Assembly: GCA_965248435.1 (NCBI GenBank)
Contig: OZ252100.1
Location: 3,616,001-3,680,000 of the forward strand
DNA: 64,000 nt
Direction of reading: 5' to 3'
Source of the DNA: Candidatus Latescibacterota bacterium
Lineage (GTDB): Bacteria > Latescibacterota > UBA2968 > GCA-2709665
The notes beneath the pieces are model-generated. The model had not been told where the DNA came from. It did not search any database and saw only the letters and a program-made list of their open reading frames with translations. Positions 1-9,739 of the stretch are shown piece by piece. Each line of letters opens with the position of its first letter. Position 1 is the stretch's first letter. Both the position numbers and the translations under genes were made by a program.

Positions 1-1820
1 TGATCCACTTCATGCCGCCTACGGCGCTGCTGCCGCTGGTGACGTGGATCGGGATCAACCTGTTTCTGAGGACAGCGCTTCCCCGCTATGCGCTGTCACG
101 CACAGAGGTACTGACGATCTTCGGGATCGTCTGGCTCCCGGCCACGATGCCGGGGGGTGTGTCGAGTTATCTGTTGAGTGCCGTCGCCGGTCCTGCCGAG
201 TACTCGTCTCCGGAGAACCGGTTCTGGGATGTCGGCTGGCCCCATCTGCCTCAGTGGATGTTTTTGAAACCGTCGGAGTATGTCGTCGGGGGATTCTGGT
301 CCGGGCTCCCAGAGGGAGACGCGATCCCCTGGGGCCCGTGGATCCCGGTCCTCTTCTGGTGGTTCATGGCCGCGCTGGGGATGGGGCTGACCGGATTCTT
401 CGCCAGCACGCTCTTTTACAAGCAGTGGCTCGAGAACGAGCGACTCATCTTCCCGCTGTCGAGATTCCCGAGCGATCTCCTGGCGCAATCGGAGAACGGT
501 CGCGTGCCCGACGTGATGAAGAACTGGGTCTTCTGGATCGGGTTCGCGTCTACATCGGGCATCCTCTTCTGGAATATCGCTGGCTACTTCGTCCTGCATA
601 TGCCCAGGATCATGCTTTTCGAAACATTGGGCACGCACGTCGTCCACATCGGCCGCGGATTTCCCCCCTACCACCTCAGGGTGCACCCATTGCTCATGGG
701 CCTGGCCTACCACTGCCCCCTGAACCTCCTGTTCACGTTCTGGATCCTCTACCCCCTGGATATCCTGAAACAAGGGATCATGAACCGGGTCGGGTTCTCC
801 GTCGGGCTTGAAGGTCAGCCTGCCACGCCCAGCCACATTTCCACCCTGGAGGCCAACGGTGCCCTCTTCTTCCTCGTGGGCTGGTCGATCTGGATCGCCC
901 GACACCATTTGAAAGAGACCTACCGGAAGGCCTTTTCTTCCCCTCGGCAAGCGGACGACGGGGCACCGGTCTCCTACCGGGCGGCCTGGCTGGGGCTCGG
1001 CTGTTCCGGCATCTTCATGCTTGGCCTCTTCGTGTCGATCGGGTTCAGCCTCCCGCTGGCGATTTTTCACGCGTTGATAACGGGGGCGGCCTACTTCGGC
1101 GTGACCAAATACTCGGCCGCGACCGGTTTCGTGTTTTTGAGGCCGCCGTCCGCCAAGGGTCACGCGGTGGTCAACTGGTTGTGGGGGACGGGCAACATGA
1201 CACCGGGAGACCTGTCGGGGATGGCGATCCTGAACAACCAGGGGTTCGCCGGCGGGGGCACGGCACGGATGCTCTCGATTCCGGCCACGCCGCACTTTTT
1301 CCGCCTCCTGGGAGATGCCCTGCGTCGAAACCCGCTCATCTGGGGCGCGCTTCCCGCAGCACTGCTGGTCGCCTTTGTCGCGACCATGGGCGCCAGCATT
1401 CAAATGAGCTACGTGGAAGGGCGACTGAATTTGAGCTCGGGCCCTACCGGTTGGGGCAAGTTTCTGGGGATGGTCCCTGTTCTGGAAGGGGCGTCGGTCA
1501 CGCGCTTCGACTACCAGAAGTGGCTGGTCTGGATCTTCGGCGGGGCCGAGGCGGGATTTTTGACGTTTATGATGTCGCGATTTTCGGGCTGGCCGATCCA
1601 CCCGCTTGGGATCGCCTTCCCCCAGTTCTACGGATTCAGCGTCTTTCTGGTCTGGCTGCCCAAGTTTCTGATCGTCCGCTACGGCGGCGTGACTCTTTTC
1701 CGGCGCTCCCTGCCGTTCTGGTATGGTTTCCTGGTCGGGTACCTCGTCGGCGTCGGCGCCTCGACCGTCGTCGACATGATCTGGTTTCCGACCTCCATGC
1801 ATTGGGTGCATGGATGGTAA
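1..1820 (+). CDS. DUF6785/DUF6784-family polytopic membrane protein (OPT-like putative transporter), probably 5'-partial
   Basis: Many TM segments, with QWLENERLIFPL and C-terminal WPIHPLG motifs shared with the paralogs at 13626 and 29131. The frame is open from base 3 and lacks the N-terminal helix the paralogs have, so the true start is probably upstream of the window. Confidence 0.8.
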   Translation, partial: IHFMPPTALLPLVTWIGINLFLRTALPRYALSRTEVLTIFGIVWLPATMPGGVSSYLLSAVAGPAEYSSPENRFWDVGWPHLPQWMFLKPSEYVVGGFWSGLPEGDAIPWGPWIPVLFWWFMAALGMGLTGFFASTLFYKQWLENERLIFPLSRFPSDLLAQSENGRVPDVMKNWVFWIGFASTSGILFWNIAGYFVLHMPRIMLFETLGTHVVHIGRGFPPYHLRVHPLLMGLAYHCPLNLLFTFWILYPLDILKQGIMNRVGFSVGLEGQPATPSHISTLEANGALFFLVGWSIWIARHHLKETYRKAFSSPRQADDGAPVSYRAAWLGLGCSGIFMLGLFVSIGFSLPLAIFHALITGAAYFGVTKYSAATGFVFLRPPSAKGHAVVNWLWGTGNMTPGDLSGMAILNNQGFAGGGTARMLSIPATPHFFRLLGDALRRNPLIWGALPAALLVAFVATMGASIQMSYVEGRLNLSSGPTGWGKFLGMVPVLEGASVTRFDYQKWLVWIFGGAEAGFLTFMMSRFSGWPIHPLGIAFPQFYGFSVFLVWLPKFLIVRYGGVTLFRRSLPFWYGFLVGYLVGVGASTVVDMIWFPTSMHWVHGW

Positions 1821-1836
1821 TGTAACGCTAGGCAAT

Positions 1837-2078
1837 TGCGGAATGCCCGATTGGGGATTGCGGAATGAAAAACAAATCTCACCGCGGAGACGCAGAGGAC
1901 GCGGAGAAGACTGGGTACCGGGAAACCAAAACACGGGTACCGGGTACCGTAAAACCGTGGATCGTCGTTCGTGGTTCGTGTAGAGACGCCCCGCCGGGGC
2001 GTCTCTACGGCTAACGGGGGATTGAGGGGGATTTCCCGATGATAACTGGATTAGCTTTACGCGATACGAAACGCGATA
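1837..2078. repeat. Composite intergenic repeat cluster
   Basis: Contains TGCGGAA-type heptamers, CACCGCGGAGACGCAGAG, a GGGTACC element (1913-1950), the palindrome GTAGAGACGCCCCG-C-CGGGGCGTCTCTAC (1980-2008) and a GGGGATTGAGGGGGATTT half-element. Confidence 0.8.
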
Positions 2079-2100
2079 TTACGGGTGAGAGAGGTCATCC

Positions 2101-3372
2101 ATGAAGCTCACAGCGGAACAGGAAGAAGCGCTGAAAGGCCGGTCCGGTCCGGTCCTGGCCAGATACATGAAATGGTTTGTCGATTGGGGCCACGCCATGG
2201 GGGCGGAGAGGCTGGTTCCGGTCACGAACGTTCACTGCATCCTACGTACCCCGCTCCTGAAAGGGATGTCGGAAGACACACTGGATGTCTACATCGAGGA
2301 GTTTCGAGCGCTCTGCAAGCACAAGGTGAAATGCAAGACCCTGACGCACGCGAAGACGCAATGCAGGACTTCGGCCCCTTCAGGATTGACGCAGATCACG
2401 TCCGAGGATGAAATAGGAATCAGCCAGAAGGAGCTCGATTTTCAAGAAGAGCTCAACCGGATCGCTCAAGAGGCAGGAATTTCGACGACGTGGTCCTGCA
2501 CGCCCTATCTCGTGGGCAGCGTCCCCGAATTCGGAGAGATCTGTGCGTGGACGGAGTCTTCCGCGGTGGTCTTCGCCAACTCGATCCTCGGGGCGAGGAC
2601 AACCCGCCACGGGATGGAAAGCTCGCTGGCGGCCGCGTTCCTGGGCTGGGTGCCGGAATTCGGCGTCCTGCTGGATGAGAATCGGAAGGCCTCGATCCAG
2701 GTGGATGTCGACGCCGACATGAGATCGAAGAGCGATTGGGGCGCGCTTGGATATTTTGCGGGCGAGATCGCAGGAACGGAGATCCCGGTTTTCGTCGGTG
2801 TGGATCGGATCGGTCCAGAAGAGGCGAAGCAGCTGTCGGCGACGCTGCCGTATTCGGGTCAGGGTACGACGATGTTTCATATCGCTGGCGTGACGCCCGA
2901 GGCGCCGTCTCTGGACAGCGTACTCGACCCGGATAGAGAGATCAGGCGCATTTCCTTCGGCGAGAATGAAAGGCGAGAAGCCTACGGGAAGATGACCACG
3001 TTGGGGAAGGGGGAGGCGGTCGACGCAGTGATTCTGGGCTGTCCCTTCAGCTCCTTGGAAGAGCTGGAAGAGATCTCCAACCATTTGCAGAAGGAGAAAG
3101 TCGCTCCAGGGGTGAGGTTTATCGTCTGTACCTCGCACGACACCCTGGATCTCGCTTCGAAGGCGGGTTACGCGGACGTTATCCATCAGGCAGGAGGAAC
3201 GTTGATGGTGGACAGCTGTCCCGGTGCGATGGGGAAGATGCGTCCACAGAATGTGGTCTCGAACTCCTTCAAGCAGGCCTTCTATGGACGCAGCGCCCTG
3301 GAGGCCAGGACGGGCGTGGCGGACCTTGGCGGCTGCATCGAAGCGGCGATCAAGGGAACCTGGATGGCATGA
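2101..3372 (+). CDS. Aconitase X catalytic (large) subunit, DUF521
   Basis: MKLT..EE N-terminus; WSCTPY, WTESSAVVFANSILGART, MFHIAGVTPEA, LGCP and DSC motifs; GAGAGG RBS. Confidence 0.9.
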   Translation: MKLTAEQEEALKGRSGPVLARYMKWFVDWGHAMGAERLVPVTNVHCILRTPLLKGMSEDTLDVYIEEFRALCKHKVKCKTLTHAKTQCRTSAPSGLTQITSEDEIGISQKELDFQEELNRIAQEAGISTTWSCTPYLVGSVPEFGEICAWTESSAVVFANSILGARTTRHGMESSLAAAFLGWVPEFGVLLDENRKASIQVDVDADMRSKSDWGALGYFAGEIAGTEIPVFVGVDRIGPEEAKQLSATLPYSGQGTTMFHIAGVTPEAPSLDSVLDPDREIRRISFGENERREAYGKMTTLGKGEAVDAVILGCPFSSLEELEEISNHLQKEKVAPGVRFIVCTSHDTLDLASKAGYADVIHQAGGTLMVDSCPGAMGKMRPQNVVSNSFKQAFYGRSALEARTGVADLGGCIEAAIKGTWMA

Positions 3373-3782
3373 AAAAACAGAAGATTCGAGGGAGGAAGGT
3401 GATCGGAGGCAAGGCCTCGGGTGAGGCGGCCGTGAGCGAGACCGCGCTCTGCTTCAGGTCGGAGTTCAACCCGATCGAAGGGCGCGTGATCGATTCGAAT
3501 CACCCCATGTACGACAGGATCCTTACCGGCAAGGTCGTGGTTATGCCGTCGACGAAGGGGTCGTCCGGAAACACGATGTTTATGAGAATCGCCTCTCTCG
3601 AGGGCAAGGCGCCTTCCGCCCTGATCCACAAAGAGATCGATTCGCCCCTCGTGCTCGCGTGCGCGATCGCGAACATTCCCCTGGTGCAGATCGACGAGAA
3701 GGCGTTTGGCTCGATACAGGATGGAGATTGGGTTGAGGTGGATGCGGATAGGGGAATTATTGAGGTGTCGAGGAAAGAGTAG
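3369..3782 (+). CDS. Aconitase X swivel (small) subunit, DUF126
   Basis: GKASGEA, GKVVVMPSTKGSS, GKAPSALI and IQDGDWVEVDADRG motifs; ATGA overlap with the large subunit. Confidence 0.9.
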   Translation: MKKQKIRGRKVIGGKASGEAAVSETALCFRSEFNPIEGRVIDSNHPMYDRILTGKVVVMPSTKGSSGNTMFMRIASLEGKAPSALIHKEIDSPLVLACAIANIPLVQIDEKAFGSIQDGDWVEVDADRGIIEVSRKE

Positions 3783-3807
3783 AGCACAAATGCGCGTGAT
3801 TGCTGGG

Positions 3808-3904
3808 GGAATGGAGTAATGGAGTGTTGGAGTAATGGAAAGGCAAAACCAAGAACCTGCTTGATTTTCCCAATACTCCATTACTCCAGTACCGCAATAC
3901 TCCA
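3808..3904. repeat. Inverted pair of 8-bp tandem arrays (TGGAGTAA / TTACTCCA)
   Basis: GGAATGGAGTAATGGAGTGTTGGAGTAATGG followed by CCAATACTCCATTACTCCAGTACCGCAATACTCCA. Confidence 0.85.
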
Positions 3905-3992
3905 GAATCGCGGAGTCGGTAGCAAAGTGCCCAGACATAGAAATTCAGATTGAAGAGGGCTTCATATCAACACACCCGAATGGAGGTAACAT

Positions 3993-4883
3993 ATGGCAAG
4001 CAGTACAAAACGTGAACCGCTGAGGTTCCTGGTTGTGGTCGCCCACCCTCACGATTTCACCCACTGCGCCGGGACGTCCGGGATTCACATCAAGATGGGC
4101 GACTCCGTTACCGTGGTCACGATGACGGACGGCGGCATGAAGCACAACGAGCGCTACATGGACGAGCTCATGAAACCGGAAGCGGAGCGGGACCCGGAGG
4201 TGATGAGCCAGACGCCGAAGGACTACGCCGCGCAGAAGGAGAAGGAACTCCGGGGAGTGTGTGAAATCTTCGGGGTGACCGACCTTCGGATCCTGACCTT
4301 CCCGGAACCGTTCCGACGCTCCCGGTCACCTGAGGCCCTGGAGGTGCTCGAAGATATCATCCGGGATGTGCGGCCGCACGTGATGATCACTCACGCGCCG
4401 TTCAACTTTTCGCCGGTCGGGATTTCGCGGAACAGCATGGGTGTCGCGATCCTGAACGACCACCGGGAGACGGCGATCACGGCGCTGGAGGCCAGGGTGA
4501 GGCCGTCGTCGACGCCGGATTATGAGAACAAGAGACAGGCGCACAAGATCGCGGCCACTTATTTCCTGGGCGTGGACGTGATGCCGAACGAGATCGACTT
4601 CTACGTGGATATCTCGAGGTGGGGAGAAGAGCGGATGCAGGCGGAGGGCCTGTTCGCGAGTCAGGGTCAGGACGACACGTTCGCGCGGCTGCGGATAGAG
4701 AAACAGGTGGGGAACGCGGGCTGGTGTGCCAAGACTCAGTACGCGGAGGGGTTCGTTCGGGAACAGATCGAGACGCTTTCCTGTATCACGGTTTCTGAGT
4801 GGGACATGCTCCGGGCGACCGGTTCAAACATGGACATGATGAGGCATCGGGCAGGGGAGATCATGCTGACGCCTGAAATCTAA
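3993..4883 (+). CDS. PIG-L/LmbE-family metalloenzyme with atypical motifs (copy 1)
   Basis: LVVVAHPHDF, VTMTDG, IIRDVRPHVMITH, NDH, YVDIS and YAEGF motifs; GGAGG RBS. Confidence 0.85.
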   Translation: MASSTKREPLRFLVVVAHPHDFTHCAGTSGIHIKMGDSVTVVTMTDGGMKHNERYMDELMKPEAERDPEVMSQTPKDYAAQKEKELRGVCEIFGVTDLRILTFPEPFRRSRSPEALEVLEDIIRDVRPHVMITHAPFNFSPVGISRNSMGVAILNDHRETAITALEARVRPSSTPDYENKRQAHKIAATYFLGVDVMPNEIDFYVDISRWGEERMQAEGLFASQGQDDTFARLRIEKQVGNAGWCAKTQYAEGFVREQIETLSCITVSEWDMLRATGSNMDMMRHRAGEIMLTPEI

Positions 4884-4888
4884 GGGCC

Positions 4889-5039
4889 GTCGTTCGTGGA
4901 TCGTGCGTCGTGTCCTTTGGGACACGACAGGATCGTCGTTCGCAAACGAAAAGCAATTCTCACCGCAGAGACGCAGAGATCGCAGAGGAAATCGATGATG
5001 AAAGGAAAAACCGGGTAGGGGCGAACCTTGTGTTCGCCC
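4889..5039. repeat. Intergenic repeats, including a GTAG-type REP-like hairpin
   Basis: TCGTTCG-type heptamers; CACCGCAGAGACGCAGAGATCGCAGAG (4961-4987); GTAGGGGCGAACCTTGTGTTCGCCC (5015-5039), identical to 36690-36714. Confidence 0.8.
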
Positions 5040-5086
5040 GCACAAATACGTTAGGCGAATGAACACCACTTGAATGGAGGTTCTTT

Positions 5087-5977
5087 ATGGCAGGCAATTC
5101 AAAACGGGAACCGCTGAGTTTCCTCGTCGTCATCGCTCACCCGCACGATTTTACCCACTGCGCCGGGACGTGCGGCATTCACATTAATAAGGGCGACTCG
5201 GTCACGGTGGTTACGATGACGGACGGCGCGCGGAAGCACAACGAGCGTTTCATGGACGAATTGATGAAGCCGGAGGCGGAGCGCGATCCTGAGGTGATGA
5301 GCCAGACGCCGGATCAGTATGCCGAGAAGAAGGCGAACGAGATCCAGGGCGTCTGCGCCATCTTCGGCGTGACAGACCTGCGAATCCTGACCTTCCCGGA
5401 GCCGTTCCGCAATTCGCGCTCGCCCGAGGCGGTGGAGGCGCTGGAGGACATCATCCGGGACGTGCGTCCGCACGTGATGATCACACACGCACCGTTCAAT
5501 TTTTCGCCCGTGGGGATTTCGCGGAACAGCATGGGATGCGCGATCCTGAACGATCACAGGGAGACGGCGATCGCGGCCCTGGAAGCCAGGGTGAGACCGG
5601 CGTCGACGCCGGATTATGAGAACCAGAAGCAGGCGCACAAGATCGCGGCCACCTACTACCTGGGCGTGGACGTGATGCACAATCAGGTGGACTTTTATGT
5701 CGACATCTCGCGATGGAAGGAGCAGCGGATGGAGGCGGAGGCCATGTTCGACAGCCAGGGACAGTCCGTGGAGTTCGCCCACAAGCGAACCGAGAGGGGC
5801 GCGGGGGGAACGGGCTGGCACGCGAAGACGCAGTATGCGGAAGGGTTCGTCCGGTCCGAGGTCGAAACACTCCCCTGCATCACAGTGCCTGAATGGAGCA
5901 TGATGTACGCGACCCGACCCTCGATGGACCATATCCGGCACCTGGCGGGTGAGCTAATGCTGACTCCTGAAATTTGA
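5087..5977 (+). CDS. PIG-L/LmbE-family metalloenzyme with atypical motifs (copy 2, tandem paralog)
   Basis: Same length (296 aa) as 3993-4883 and highly similar to it; GGAGG RBS. Confidence 0.85.
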   Translation: MAGNSKREPLSFLVVIAHPHDFTHCAGTCGIHINKGDSVTVVTMTDGARKHNERFMDELMKPEAERDPEVMSQTPDQYAEKKANEIQGVCAIFGVTDLRILTFPEPFRNSRSPEAVEALEDIIRDVRPHVMITHAPFNFSPVGISRNSMGCAILNDHRETAIAALEARVRPASTPDYENQKQAHKIAATYYLGVDVMHNQVDFYVDISRWKEQRMEAEAMFDSQGQSVEFAHKRTERGAGGTGWHAKTQYAEGFVRSEVETLPCITVPEWSMMYATRPSMDHIRHLAGELMLTPEI

Positions 5978-5978
5978 A

Positions 5979-6129
5979 GACCGGGTACTGGGTACCGGGA
6001 AGTCAAAACACGGGTACCGGGGTTCGGGTATCCGATGCCCTAGAAATTGAAGGAAATCATTTTCTCCCCCCTTTCCTCCAGGGAAGCATGTCCCGCGCGA
6101 GACGCGGGAGGGAGCCGGAGGGGTTAGGT
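5979..6129. repeat. GGGTACC element plus C-rich/G-rich palindromic element with a nested insert
   Basis: GGGTACCGGGAAGTCAAAACACGGGTACCG, then CTCCCCCCTTTCC...GGGAA[GCATGTCCCGCGCGAGACGCGGGAG]GGAGCCGGAGGGGTTAGG. Confidence 0.7.
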
Positions 6130-6315
6130 CTGAATCGGTATAAATGTTTATTTGTAAATGACTTAAGAACAACATAAAACGTGATGTGTAACAATGTTTC
6201 GGTCCAACGGAGGGTCGGCTTTCCGCACTATTTGGAGTAAGACTTTGTTTTTTAAATTGTTAGTGAGAAATTGTATTCAAGATCGAAAAATTCGGGGTCA
6301 TTCTTCTTTTTTTGC

Positions 6316-6344
6316 TTGACCTAACTGATTTAGGACGTTAATTT
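6316..6344 (+). promoter_or_regulatory. Putative sigma70-type promoter in the AT-rich region upstream of the TBDR
   Basis: TTGACC-17 bp-TAATTT, preceded by a T-rich tract; the -10 match is weak. Confidence 0.35.
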
Positions 6345-6637
6345 TATAGATCAGTATTTGGATAATGGCCATTTTTATGGGGGGTGTTATGAAAGAACGC
6401 CCGATCGTTTTGTACTACAAATTTATTTTTGGCCGCACAGCCCGGGGTGCAGATGTGCGGCATTTCTATGTCTGACATGAAAGGAGGGATGCCCGCGCGC
6501 GCGATTGCAAAAGATTCCGAACTTCAAACGCGGTGATTAAAACGTAATTTTTCAAGATAGGAGGCTAAGTGGCAAAGAGATCTAGATTTAAACGTTCGTT
6601 AGGTTTAGTTTCGCCGGGTAACAACCAAGGAGGAAGT

Positions 6638-9600
6638 ATGAAGTCATTTAATATTATCGTATCCATCATTCTGGTGGGGGCCCTCTTCGCCTTCGTGCCG
6701 ACCGACGTGTTGGCCAGCACGTATGGCAAGGTAACGGGCTCGATCCAGGATGAAAACGGGAACCCGCTTCCCGGGGCAAACATCGTGATCGAAGGCACGC
6801 AGCGCGGCGCCACATCAGACGCCGACGGCAGCTTTCTGGTCATCGGTGTGCCGCCGGGCGAGCACCAAGTGACGGCCTCGATGGTCGGTTACGGCACTTC
6901 GGCCCTGCAGAAGGTGCTCGTGCAGTCGGACTTCACGACCACGATCAGTTTCAGCCTGACGGAGGCGGCGCTGGAGGCGGCCGAGATGGTCGTGACCGCG
7001 CAGCGTCCGCCCGTCGAAGTGGACCGGACCTCGAGTCGGTACGTGATCGACATCTTCGAGATCGAGAACGTCCCGCTGGCTCGGTCCGCTGAAGACCTGA
7101 TCGAGCTGGAGCCCGGCGTGTCGTTGGACGGCGCACTGCGCATCCGGGGTCGCAGCAACGATTCCCAGACCGCGGAGATCGACGGGGTCCGGCTGATCTG
7201 GACCGACGGCGAGACCTCCATGGGCGGTCGTGGCAGCGTCATGCTCACCGGGGGGATCAACAAGAGCGCCCTGCAGGAGGTGAGCATACTGACCGGCGGC
7301 ATGGATGCCGAGTACGGCCACTCCTCCTCGAGGGTCAGTTTCGTCACCCAGGATGGGGGGTCCGCGTTTTCGGGCATGGGCGAATACCGCCTGACCCCGC
7401 CCGGGAAGAAGCACTGGGGCAGGGACGTCTACGAGAGCGGCCTGATGAAGAAGAAGCTCACCGACGTGACCGGCTCCGCCTCTTTCCCGTCCGGGCTGTC
7501 TCCGACCGACTACACGGGCGAGATCGGCCACTACTTCGAGGGATCCGCCGGCGGTCCGATCTCGGATCAGGCAGGGTTCTTCGGGTCCGTTGCCCACAGC
7601 CGGGAGGCCACCATCTTTCCGGAGGCCTCGCTCACGGAGCCGTTCAACATCAAGGGCTCGGGCAACGTCACCTTCCGGCCGACGGGCGACCTGAAGGTGA
7701 AAGTGGGCGGGATGTATTCGAAGGATAAGATATGGAGGGGCGAGCGGCGGGCCATGACCACTTCAGGCGGCATCTGGGGTGCGTATGCGCCCAACAACGT
7801 CCTGAACCTCTTCCTTCCGGCCGACTACAGCGCGATGGGCCAGCAGGAGGAGAAGAACGCCCTCTACTACGCCGTCGCCACGCATTCTCTTAATCCTAAG
7901 ACGTTCTGGGAGTTTCGGGCAGCATACTCGACGAGGCTGATCGAAAACACCGAGACCAAAGTAAGCTCCACCTCGAGACCGATTGACGAGTACGGTTTCA
8001 CGCTTCCATACGACTACAATAATAGCGACGACACGGATCGCACGAGGTGGATCTTCAAGGGCGACATCACCAGCCAGATGCACAAGAACCACCTCGTCAA
8101 GGCCGGGTTCGAGCACGTCCGTTACAGTGTCCTGGAGTCGCGGCTGGACTTTAATGTCGCCAGCCCAAACGTCGCGATGGTACTCGTCGGATTTGACGAT
8201 CCGGCGATCGGGATGAAGCCGGGCAAGCCCAACCAGTACGCGGCCTACGTCCAGGACAAGATGGAGTTCGAGGGCCTGGTGATCAACGCCGGCGTCCGGA
8301 TCGATGCCTTCCAAGCTGGCGACGTCTTCGAGCCAGGGGCCGCGAACTGGATGCACTACCAGACGATCACCCGCCACCGCAACGTGCCCCTGATCGACCA
8401 CGGGACAATGTGGAGCGTCAGCCCCCGGATCGGGATCTCACACCCGATCAGTGAGCGCGCGACCGTCAGGTTCTTCACGGGGCGGTTCCGGCAGTTGCCC
8501 AGTTTTCATGGTTTCTGGTACCATGCCTGGGTCGGGAGTGACCCCATCTCGCTGGACCTGAACAACGACGGTTCGATCAGCCAGCAGACGGAGCTCTACA
8601 ATCGAATGACGCTGAAGCACAACGGCTTCGGCCCGTCCCCGGGCATCAGAGAGGGGCGGGAGCAGACCATGGAGGTCGGAGCGGACTGGAACTTTGCGGG
8701 CGACTATGTCGGGTCCCTGACCATGTTCTACGCCGATAAGAACGGGACCGGCTCTACCTACTACATGCCCCCGGAGAAACTGAACCCCGTCGGGTTCAGG
8801 GGTGAGAACATGAAGGCGCAGTCCAACAACCCTGGATTCGATTCCAGGCGGGGGTTCGAGCTCTCGTTCAAGAAGATGTTCAGTCAGATGACCTCGTTCA
8901 GCGTGGCGTGGAACGTCCAGTGGGTCGCCCAGTTCAGTTCGTTTAAATTCAGCTATATGCATCCCGGCGCGAACTACGTGAACAGCGACCGGTGGTTCCT
9001 GGGCGTGGACATCAACTCCGACGGGTCGGAGACGCCTCACGTACCTTCGGCGGCTGAGCGGGCTGAGTACGCTGCCATCGCACAGGCGGACCTCAACAAT
9101 TCCCTCGCCCTCGTGGGCGCCGCCGCTGAAGAGAACGGGTTCTGGTTGCCCGTGGTGGAGGACGGCGTAGAGGGCAACTATATCGACCAGCGTCAGGGGG
9201 TCCGCATCAGCAGTTTCCTGGAAGGCACGGATCGGCGCAACTACGGGAGTGCGCAGTTCCTGTTCTCCGCGCCGACGGACTTTCACATAACGGCCCTTCA
9301 GGGGTTCCGGGCCACGTTGCTCTACCGGATCCAACAGGGGACTTCCTTCCCTTACACGCCGATTGGATCGCCGCCCAAACAGGTGTCCGGACCTCCTTCG
9401 ACGGTGACGGACGTGAACTTTGAGAGAGATTTCTCGTTCGGCCAGGGCGGCACGATCACGGGCTTCCTGGAGATCAAGAACCTGTTCGACCAGCGGGACA
9501 ATGTGATCTTTGGCGGCTCCGGTTTCGAATTCAGCTACATGGCGTACGGGCTGCAGACGCGGCCACCGGACGATCCGGACTTCCTCGCGTATGGCAACAT

Positions 9601-9739
9601 CGACGAGTACAACCTGGTCTACGGTGCCTCACAGGTCAACAACGTCCACAACACCTACAGATACTTCGACCTCGTGGACAATGCCCTTGCCCTCGGCGAG
9701 CCGCGACTTCTCGTTCTCGGCGCCCGGTTGAGGTTCTAA
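6638..9739 (+). CDS. TonB-dependent receptor with N-terminal carboxypeptidase-regulatory-like domain
   Basis: Signal peptide; GKVTGSIQDENGNPLPGANIVIEGT..GATSDADGSF; TonB-box-like EMVVTAQR; plug motif GGMDAEYG; YVQDKMEF, SPRIGISHP, EIKNLFD; C-terminal LGARLRF. The ATG at 6638 has an AGGAGG RBS; an in-frame GTG at 6569 also has one. Confidence 0.92.
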   Translation: MKSFNIIVSIILVGALFAFVPTDVLASTYGKVTGSIQDENGNPLPGANIVIEGTQRGATSDADGSFLVIGVPPGEHQVTASMVGYGTSALQKVLVQSDFTTTISFSLTEAALEAAEMVVTAQRPPVEVDRTSSRYVIDIFEIENVPLARSAEDLIELEPGVSLDGALRIRGRSNDSQTAEIDGVRLIWTDGETSMGGRGSVMLTGGINKSALQEVSILTGGMDAEYGHSSSRVSFVTQDGGSAFSGMGEYRLTPPGKKHWGRDVYESGLMKKKLTDVTGSASFPSGLSPTDYTGEIGHYFEGSAGGPISDQAGFFGSVAHSREATIFPEASLTEPFNIKGSGNVTFRPTGDLKVKVGGMYSKDKIWRGERRAMTTSGGIWGAYAPNNVLNLFLPADYSAMGQQEEKNALYYAVATHSLNPKTFWEFRAAYSTRLIENTETKVSSTSRPIDEYGFTLPYDYNNSDDTDRTRWIFKGDITSQMHKNHLVKAGFEHVRYSVLESRLDFNVASPNVAMVLVGFDDPAIGMKPGKPNQYAAYVQDKMEFEGLVINAGVRIDAFQAGDVFEPGAANWMHYQTITRHRNVPLIDHGTMWSVSPRIGISHPISERATVRFFTGRFRQLPSFHGFWYHAWVGSDPISLDLNNDGSISQQTELYNRMTLKHNGFGPSPGIREGREQTMEVGADWNFAGDYVGSLTMFYADKNGTGSTYYMPPEKLNPVGFRGENMKAQSNNPGFDSRRGFELSFKKMFSQMTSFSVAWNVQWVAQFSSFKFSYMHPGANYVNSDRWFLGVDINSDGSETPHVPSAAERAEYAAIAQADLNNSLALVGAAAEENGFWLPVVEDGVEGNYIDQRQGVRISSFLEGTDRRNYGSAQFLFSAPTDFHITALQGFRATLLYRIQQGTSFPYTPIGSPPKQVSGPPSTVTDVNFERDFSFGQGGTITGFLEIKNLFDQRDNVIFGGSGFEFSYMAYGLQTRPPDDPDFLAYGNIDEYNLVYGASQVNNVHNTYRYFDLVDNALALGEPRLLVLGARLRF

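Noticed and set aside
2101-3782. Archaeal-type mevalonate pathway
   Set aside because: There are no UbiD/UbiX, kinase or other mevalonate genes nearby, and the motifs differ from the characterised enzyme.
6130-6637. Cobalamin or TPP riboswitch ahead of the TBDR
   Set aside because: No B12 box or TPP core motif was found by eye; an Rfam scan would settle it.
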